Source: Raja brachyura
Lineage: Eukaryota
Assembly (NCBI GenBank): GCA_963514005.1
Contig: OY740782.1
Span: forward strand, 48,484,001-48,548,000
Direction: 5' to 3'
DNA: 64,000 nt
Shown: one piece after another, positions 62,301 through 64,000 of the stretch
Numbering within the stretch: the stretch's first letter is position 1
How the letters are laid out: every line of letters starts with the position of its first letter
Position numbers and translations under genes: made by a program
Notes under the pieces: model-generated
What the model saw: only the letters and a program-made list of their open reading frames with translations
Databases searched by the model: none
What the model was told of the DNA's origin: nothing

Positions 62301-63518
62301 GAGGAATTAAGGGCAGCATTGATCAGTTATGATCATATTGAAAGGCAGGCCAGGCTTGAGGGGTCTGGCTATTATACTCTTGATATTATTTGATTTGCGT
62401 TATCAAGGGCTTAATTATCAGGAGAAATTACATAAACAATTTGTTCCTTAAAATATAAAAATTAAGGGGCATTTTGTTCAAGGATTTAAAGATATGAATG
62501 GGATTGAAGATCTGGAGAAAAGCTTTTGCAATAGGTGCAGCAGCTTGGGATGAGGCGATATTTATGACAATCCACGAGAGGAAATGTTATACTTAATTGG
62601 GCAATTGGTGGTAAAATAGTACAACTGTCCCCCTTTCAAAAAACTAGATGACAGCTACATTAATAATTCAAGGAACTACAAATAGTGAAATCTTAAGCAA
62701 AACACAAAGCGTTGGAGAAATTCTGCGGGTCAGGCAGCATCTATGGAAGGAATGGATAGTAGACATTTCGGGTCAGAACCTTCGGACTGATTGTAGTATG
62801 TGGGGTGGGGGGGGGGGTGGGGGTGGTAGCGAAAGCTGGAAAAGAGAGGTGTTAGCGGGACAACGAGAGAAAAATACCGTCTCCAATGAAGGCAAGCATG
62901 CCAAAGGCCTTATTTAGCACTCTGTCCACCTGACTCGCCAGTTTTAGTTCTTTTCTGCAACACCAGCTGGGACTCTACCATTTACTGTGTAAATCCTGCC
63001 CTGGTTAGAATCACTAACGCGCAACACCACACATTTGTCAGAGAAAAATTATATTTTGCATTCCTTGGCCCACCTTCCCAACTGTTCTAGATCCTATTAT
63101 AAATTTACAAATCCTCTCTCATTGACCACTAATCCTATATCCCAATTTGCTTGTGTCATTTGTAGATCAGTGACTACCTGTTTTTACTCCAGTTTGATAT
63201 TACTCAAAATGGTTTCTCCAAAATGCAATTTAAATGTTAAGTAATATCACCAACTGCACTGTCCGTTACATTTCATGCTTCAAGTTAACATCTCTAAGAA
63301 TTCACATAATGATTAATATATTTTCTAGAATCTATTAACAAACTGAACTGATAAAACAACTATGAAATAGAGATTACAATGTAAATTATCAGAGAATCAA
63401 GACAAAAGTCATGGATTTCCGGAGTGCTTACCACATAAATTGTTTTCTGTATCCAGTCATATATGTTTGACACATTCACAGTCACTTGATGGATTCCTTC
63501 ATGCTGAAATGTGTGACT
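1523..63518 (-). CDS. PKD1L1: Polycystin-1-like 1, internal part (25 exons, about 1910 codons; PKD repeats + REJ); both ends outside the window
   Basis: Exons join in frame with matching phases: 63432-63518, 58118-59354, 56887-57140, 48115-48197, 44540-44695, 42799-42916, 39034-39590, 36450-36814, 35108-35332, 34765-34884, 33013-33181, 30775-31026, 23730-23862, 22157-22360, 21254-21438, 18271-18492, 14391-14551, 13670-14089, 11285-11455, 10380-10442, 8480-8572, 6051-6092, 4442-4636, 1801-1875, 1523-1665. Peptides such as WYFGDKLPVKTTSRSI, YLWNFGDGT, EGEFTVEV..FNNVS, CQPPPVK, LGVTFE, VQIVGSVVYNNY, PVSVISGGTHLF, SYDPD, VNWND..SL.A.CE.CSE..NLSYSW.LFLVN and GKAQ..T.NEAPR are collinear with human PKD1L1 as I recall it. 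Confidence 0.93.
1801..1875 (-). CDS. PKD1L1: PKD1L1 exon, phase 1-1
   Basis: TKSQTLTFKPFGLQSKKVYMLEVI; CAG/GTGAGT boundaries. Confidence 0.88.
2622..3790 (+). mobile_element. Rex1/Babar LINE, 5'-truncated, disrupted RT
   Basis: GSPQGCVLSPLLY, KFADDTT, LALNTKKTKELIVDFR, KNSFFP; TAG at 3100-3102; AATAAA tail. Confidence 0.88.
4442..4636 (-). CDS. PKD1L1: PKD1L1 exon, phase 1-1
   Basis: GDDVL..PMIEWTK..FETFTTTG resembles human GDNLV..MIDWPK..FQGYSSSG. Confidence 0.88.
4857..5720 (-). mobile_element. Rex1/Babar 3' fragment containing a GC-rich segment (about 4930-5560)
   Basis: Minus strand GRRYRNLKIVTARFKNSFFPTPIRLLN at about 5600-5690; (TCTAA)n tail at 4857-4879. Confidence 0.7.
6051..6092 (-). 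CDS. PKD1L1: PKD1L1 micro-exon (VEGTFGSGGRPGFQ), phase 1-1
   Basis: CAGTAG acceptor, AG|GTACAG donor; open frame. Confidence 0.6.
6757..7040 (-). mobile_element. CR1-type LINE 3' end
   Basis: NLFTQ..V.LWNSL; same 3' UTR as 45900-46170. Confidence 0.8.
7478..8440 (+). mobile_element. CR1-type LINE, RT C-terminal fragment (ORF 7510-8352)
   Basis: KYADDTKIGG, WQMEFNADKC, LVRPILEYGVQFWSP, NFFTQRVV; (TATATGGT) tail. Confidence 0.9.
8480..8572 (-). CDS. PKD1L1: PKD1L1 small exon (ATVSNTTNMTISGSVFGEGSSNATENTTDTT), phase 1-1
   Basis: Strong polypyrimidine tract + CAG, GTAAAG donor; four N-glycosylation sequons. Confidence 0.72.
8905..9045 (-). mobile_element. CR1-type 3' tail fragment
   Basis: Matches the tail at 40553-40690. 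Confidence 0.7.
9545..9670 (+). mobile_element. CR1-type 3' tail fragment
   Basis: Matches 29890-30007. Confidence 0.65.
10380..10442 (-). CDS. PKD1L1: PKD1L1 small exon (GSFSGGGSSSSTPFPGLPVVP), phase 1-1
   Basis: TTTAG/GTACCC boundaries; open, Gly/Ser rich. Confidence 0.6.
11285..11455 (-). CDS. PKD1L1: PKD1L1 exon, phase 1-1
   Basis: TTTCAG/GTAAGG boundaries; open frame. Confidence 0.75.
11504..12070. mobile_element. Harbinger-type MITE (CGAC-rich), right end degraded
   Basis: Collinear with 30011-30629; left TIR AGGGCTTGCCCAC. Confidence 0.75.
12185..12465 (+). mobile_element. tRNA-derived V-SINE (HE1-like)
   Basis: B box GGTTCGATCC, V-core remnant, same tail as 61772-62082. Confidence 0.8.
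12870..13180 (+). mobile_element. tRNA-derived V-SINE
   Basis: GGTTTGATCC, TTTTCTCCGGGTGCTCCAGTTT core, (TAAAC) tail. Confidence 0.75.
13670..14089 (-). CDS. PKD1L1: PKD1L1 Ser/Thr-rich exon, phase 1-1
   Basis: Starts VPFCR as in human; AG/GTAAAG boundaries. Confidence 0.85.
14391..14551 (-). CDS. PKD1L1: PKD1L1 exon (REJ), phase 2-1
   Basis: VNWNDAFSLKAVCEECSETVNLSYSWKLFLVN. Confidence 0.93.
15170..15520 (+). mobile_element. Degraded CR1 ORF2 fragments
   Basis: FFEEVTK..VFMDFNKTFDR..GRLVQKVRSHG remnants. Confidence 0.6.
15790..15823 (-). ncRNA. Minimal hammerhead-ribozyme-like motif in the Penelope terminus
   Basis: gc CTGAAGA a GGGTC tc GACCC GAAAC GTC gc: full core, stem II, palindromic ACGT stem III; stem I is very short. 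Confidence 0.6.
16047..17723 (-). CDS. Penelope RT + GIY-YIG endonuclease (frame stays open to about 17805)
   Basis: YLLPKIHK, GRPIVS, MDVQSLYT, GVAMGTRMGP, RYIDD, CNRKRCYTC, NLIYCIRC..YIGET.RRL..RFAEH. Confidence 0.93.
   Translation of the reverse strand: MHQATISSTITGFINSGSLPPRASNLIVPQPRTARFYLLPKIHKPDCPGRPIVSACSCPTEHISTYLDSILSPFVKSLPTYVQDTSDTLRRLRTFRCPGPHPLIFTMDVQSLYTCIPHQDGLKALRYFLDQRSNPYPSTDTLLRLAELVLTLNNFSFDSSHFLQTQGVAMGTRMGPSYDCLFVGHVEQSLFSAYQGPTPDLYLRYIDDCFGVTSCTHAELTDFIHFTTNFHPALKYTWTISDISLPFLDLTISIAGDTLLTDIHYKPTDSHSYLDYTSSHPASCKDSIPYSQFLRLRCICSQDDVFHTRSSQMSSFFRERGFPSPTIDEARTRVSSIPRNTALSPHSPTHNKGRVPLVLTFHPTSQRIQQIVLRQFRHLQRDPSTRHIFLSPPLSAFRKDRSLRNSLVNSSLPSRSTPSPGTFPCNRKRCYTCSFTSPIHSFQGPKQSFQVRQRFTCTSSNLIYCIRCSRCQLIYIGETKRRLGDRFAEHLRSVRNNQPDLPVAQHFSSPSHSVSDLSVLGLLHGQSDQHRKLEEQHLIFRLGSLHPLGLNIEFSQFC
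18271..18492 (-). CDS. PKD1L1: PKD1L1 exon (REJ), phase 2-2, with a GC donor
   Basis: FFWSC..PCF..DQFLFKLTVSSDNRNSSEA; donor AG|GCAAGT. Confidence 0.85.
19100..19630. mobile_element. Penelope 3' remnants in inverted arrangement
   Basis: Terminal motif on minus at 19160-19190 and on plus at 19540-19630. Confidence 0.7.
19890..20520 (-). mobile_element. Penelope 3' fragment with a GIY-YIG remnant
   Basis: CGLFYIGEIDHRLGDYFAEHLCSV plus the terminal motif. Confidence 0.8.
21254..21438 (-). CDS. PKD1L1: PKD1L1 exon (REJ), phase 0-2
   Basis: VQIVGSVVYNNY..PVSVISGGTHLF..SYDPDYPG. Confidence 0.93.
22157..22360 (-). CDS. PKD1L1: PKD1L1 exon (REJ), phase 0-0
   Basis: LGVTFE..CNISSGIQYSW..LNYGLY. 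Confidence 0.93.
23190..23500 (-). mobile_element. CR1 3' fragment
   Basis: RLGLYSLE..PRVGESRTKG. Confidence 0.75.
23730..23862 (-). CDS. PKD1L1: PKD1L1 exon, phase 2-0
   Basis: EGEFTVEVVIFNNVS..CQPPPVK. Confidence 0.93.
25180..25620 (+). repeat. About 154-bp tandem repeat x3 in the DIRS gag region
   Basis: GGTCTGGATGA at about 25282, 25436 and 25591 with a shared surrounding unit. Confidence 0.85.
27664..27749 (+). pseudogene. 3'-truncated U2 snRNA retrocopy (about nt 1-88)
   Basis: TTCTCGGCCTTTTGGCCAAGATCAAGTGTAGTATCTGTTCTTATCAGTTAATATCTGATA is the U2 5' end including the branch-recognition GTAGTA; stem IIb GTCCCT/AGGGAC; no Sm site. Confidence 0.93.
29675..30010 (+). mobile_element. CR1 3' fragment
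   Basis: GNFFTQSVVGVWNELPEEV plus tail. Confidence 0.8.
30011..30629. mobile_element. Harbinger-type MITE (CGAC-rich)
   Basis: AGGGCCTATCCCAC ... GTAGACAGGCTCT with TAA duplication (30008-30010, 30630-30632). Confidence 0.82.
30775..31026 (-). CDS. PKD1L1: PKD1L1 exon, phase 2-2
   Basis: YNVIVNASN..INYGT..YLWNFGDGT. Confidence 0.93.
32269..32302. repeat. (GT)13(GC)4 microsatellite
   Basis: Read directly from the sequence. Confidence 0.9.
33013..33181 (-). CDS. PKD1L1: PKD1L1 exon, phase 1-2
   Basis: VSVFTNKTIYAT..WYFGDKLPVKTTSRSI, corresponding to human PKD domain 1. Confidence 0.93.
33371..33490 (+). mobile_element. Solo Penelope terminus with intact hammerhead-like core
   Basis: gtCTGAAGAagggtctcaacccGAAACGTCac; related copies at about 8730-8880, 10835-10945, 32608-32730, 34160-34470, 37440-37540, 44270-44360, 62670-62870. 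Confidence 0.75.
34765..34884 (-). CDS. PKD1L1: PKD1L1 exon, phase 1-1
   Basis: HKFLSAGVYNVTVNAWNKV..LYRMQ. Confidence 0.9.
35108..35332 (-). CDS. PKD1L1: PKD1L1 exon, phase 1-1
   Basis: GVFHITVSAFN..RGTAVTYSWNMGDQT. Confidence 0.9.
36450..36814 (-). CDS. PKD1L1: PKD1L1 exon, phase 2-1
   Basis: FSFNFGDGSP PKD motif; AG/GT boundaries. Confidence 0.88.
39034..39590 (-). CDS. PKD1L1: PKD1L1 exon, phase 0-2
   Basis: ORF 39030-39584; IDYGD, HMYKAVGQY, GTEVTFQW. Confidence 0.9.
40553..41440 (-). mobile_element. CR1 LINE 3' portion
   Basis: YFLNGERIQKSEVQR.LGVLV, NFFSQRVVNLWNSL plus tail. Confidence 0.88.
42799..42916 (-). CDS. PKD1L1: PKD1L1 exon (PLQPSVAKWTAKLTSGSNYIFLWLYSDG), phase 2-0
   Basis: CAG/GTATGA boundaries; open frame; bridges the phases of its neighbours. 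Confidence 0.8.
44540..44695 (-). CDS. PKD1L1: PKD1L1 exon, phase 2-2
   Basis: HTYSFAGIYSV; TAG/GTAAAC boundaries. Confidence 0.85.
45448..46170 (+). mobile_element. CR1 LINE 3' portion
   Basis: DLGVMVH..LVRPHLEYCVQFWSP; (TTCTATGT) tail. Confidence 0.9.
46889..47975. mobile_element. Non-autonomous hAT DNA transposon
   Basis: TIR CAGTGCCGGATTTA / TAAATCCGGCACTG; perfect 8-bp TSD CAGCTACA (46881-46888, 47976-47983). Confidence 0.92.
48115..48197 (-). CDS. PKD1L1: PKD1L1 exon (NISFDMDEAVILFGDGTTTN), phase 0-2
   Basis: FGDGT PKD motif; phases match both neighbours; absent from the ORF track. Confidence 0.8.
49360..49643 (-). pseudogene. Left part of a diverged duplicate of 57843-58180 (end of the large PKD1L1 exon plus intron)
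   Basis: Shared GGGCTAGAACC, ATCATTCA.GTAACAAATATTG, TTTTAGGATGGGAA, GGTAACAATTGTA, CTTTGCAATA.GAATGATAT, TTGTATTTCTATAG. Confidence 0.85.
50077..51850 (+). CDS. DIRS ORF1 (gag-like), disrupted; longest open part 50586-51749
   Basis: ATG at 50077 after a mini-intron, premature stops; PSNCNSLNVPIVN..IW, DDALALL, LFGEDL motifs typical of DIRS ORF1; a frame change at the T8 run extends it to TAA 51850. Confidence 0.7.
51694..53781 (+). CDS. DIRS RT - RNase H - N6-adenine methyltransferase-like polyprotein (first ATG 51772)
   Basis: VGGRL, IDLKDAY, LPNGLATAPRLF, YLDD, TDAS, INYLE, DNTTAVAY, DLFASRLN, YAFPPF, PDWPTQPW. Confidence 0.95.
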   Translation: MFRRLHNTNSLNSPGLFFRARPTAASMEDAVSASPAQPSTSTSHQTCQGPPITMKVRRSGFHALACLTSHVGGRLRFFKEAWETITSDEFILQSIQGHEIEFINGQIPPPQHMPNRKFALSRKETAVGYAEILRLQGKGVIERTIHEPIEFLSNIFTKTKKDGGCWVIIDLTHLNTFVKYTHFKMDTFETAKSLISEGYFMACIDLKDAYYSVSIQKHHRKFLKFTWMGQLWQYKALPNGLATAPRLFTKLLKPVLATLRRQNHMVMAYLDDILIIGNTLESAKLAVSATVEIFQKMGFIIHPDKSKFCPSQIMDYLGFTVDSNRMIATIPTNKVVDIIQACKNLVCASIPSIRQTAKVIGKIEAVFPAAQFGPLHYQNLQRSKISALKLNAGHFDRPMQLPLKAKIELQWWIDNIHNSFKPIIVPRPVVYLQTDASSHCWGATDNYTSCGGRWDTLESTLLLSQGINYLEMLGAFHGLRAYCSNFTDTHVRLQIDNTTAVAYLNHMGGTRSISCDELANTIWLWCIQRNIWISATYLPGKLNTVADTRSRKFNDNIEWMLNPQIFAKITAKFGKPDIDLFASRLNHQVPTYVSWEPDPGAMAMDAFSPDWRKWFFYAFPPFCLISRVLRKIQLDAAKGILVIPDWPTQPWYPVVLGMISQPWVLLKGCPQLVMNPVTGEQHPCHSRLKLLACRF
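53769..54693 (+). pseudogene. DIRS tyrosine recombinase, disrupted (TAA 54234-54236, deletion/frameshift near 54445)
   Basis: YSAINSARSALS, LALTSA*RVQTL, HSTRAA, AGWASEATFQRFY. Confidence 0.9.
55247..55834. mobile_element. Harbinger-type MITE inserted in Rex1 coding sequence
   Basis: AGGGCCTGTCCCACCAGCA TIRs; TTA TSD; removing it restores the Rex1 frame (S-I-R-S). Confidence 0.92.
56525..56640 (-). pseudogene. Right part of the same duplicate (copy of about 58176-58300)
   Basis: Translates ASNNVTLTALVVKEIHIISI versus the exon's SSNNVTLTTLVVKEIHIISI. Confidence 0.88.
56887..57140 (-). CDS. PKD1L1: PKD1L1 exon, phase 1-0
   Basis: YIYKWTL..YRCKKAG..IALSVSN; TTTCAG/GTAACA boundaries. Confidence 0.85.
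58118..59354 (-). CDS. PKD1L1: PKD1L1 1237-bp exon with several PKD-like repeats, phase 0-1
   Basis: ORF 58107-59366; repeated H.(F/Y)..PG.Y...V.A.N motifs; CAG/GTGAGT boundaries. Confidence 0.9.
59740..60110 (-). mobile_element. Degraded CR1 RT fragment
   Basis: QGSVLGLLLF..INDLD..FAYDSKI. Confidence 0.75.
60300..61740 (+). mobile_element. Degraded CR1 fragments
   Basis: EDWKTANVTPLFKK, QHGFMKG, KFADD remnants. Confidence 0.65.
61772..62082 (+). mobile_element. Full-length tRNA-derived V-SINE (HE1-like)
   Basis: B box GGTTCAATCC, V-core GTGGGTTTTCTCCGGGTGCTCCAGTTTCCTCCCAC; TSD AGGCTAGAT (61763-61771, 62083-62091). Confidence 0.88.
63432..63518 (-). CDS. PKD1L1: PKD1L1 exon (SHTFQHEGIHQVTVNVSNIYDWIQKTIYV), phase 0-0
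   Basis: AG/GTAAGC boundaries; C-terminal strands of a PKD domain (H.F...G...VTVNVSN). Confidence 0.8.
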
Positions 63519-64000
63519 CTGCATCCAAAAATGAATGTACATTATTATCCAACAATCAGATATGGTTTAGAAATCATTACCATTAACCAAGCGAAAGGTG
63601 CTATTATGTGATTTTCGAGCTTGCTGGTTTAACTTGATATATTTTATTAGCTTAGCACTGTGAGAGGCCAAAGATTAACAGACCTTAACACAGATAGTTT
63701 GACATAAGACTGAACATTCCGTCCTGGTGCACTGAGGGAGAAACACATGCAGCATTAGTATAACAATCGTTTCTGACACCAAATCACTTGTATTTATTTA
63801 AAAAAGAAACTTTCTTTAATACCGCTTGTGCGGTTTACCATGTCAGCTGTTTCAATTTTTCTTTTTGAAAAAACAATTGACCTAAATTTATTTCACAATC
63901 CCTGACTGGCTTGGCTTCAGAAGACAGTATAACTTTTTATGCTTTCCCATTTTATATACAATGACTCCAGAGATAACGGAGACCTGAGATAAAGCAGTGT

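Noticed and set aside
1523-63518. PKD1 or PKDREJ instead of PKD1L1
   Set aside because: The many PKD repeats suggest PKD1, but the REJ-proximal exon peptides follow PKD1L1; PKDREJ is typically intronless.

Overview
Vertebrate genomic DNA, most likely a cartilaginous fish (skate or ray); this is inferred from the repeat content (HE1-like V-SINEs, CR1/HER1-type LINE tails, Neptune-type Penelope). The whole window lies inside one minus-strand gene, PKD1L1 (polycystin-1-like 1). I traced 25 phase-compatible coding exons by hand (63518 down to 1523; 5730 nt, 1910 codons). They encode a long PKD/Ig-like repeat array followed by the REJ region, and both gene ends lie outside the window. The introns hold many mobile elements: two DIRS1-type tyrosine-recombinase retrotransposons (one near intact), a young Penelope (RT + GIY-YIG) with a hammerhead-like motif, Rex1/Babar and CR1 LINE fragments, V-SINEs, four PIF/Harbinger-type MITEs, a hAT element and a truncated U2 snRNA retrocopy. 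The most notable points are: (1) splice signals in the DIRS that would give separate gag, RT-RNaseH-MTase and recombinase mRNAs; (2) a conserved structured 3' region and readable recombination cores in both DIRS copies; (3) a much longer PKD-repeat ectodomain than human PKD1L1; (4) a four-level nested TE stack splitting a duplicated pseudo-exon; (5) a U2 fragment inside a DIRS. All coordinates were read by eye; boundaries of degraded repeats are approximate.
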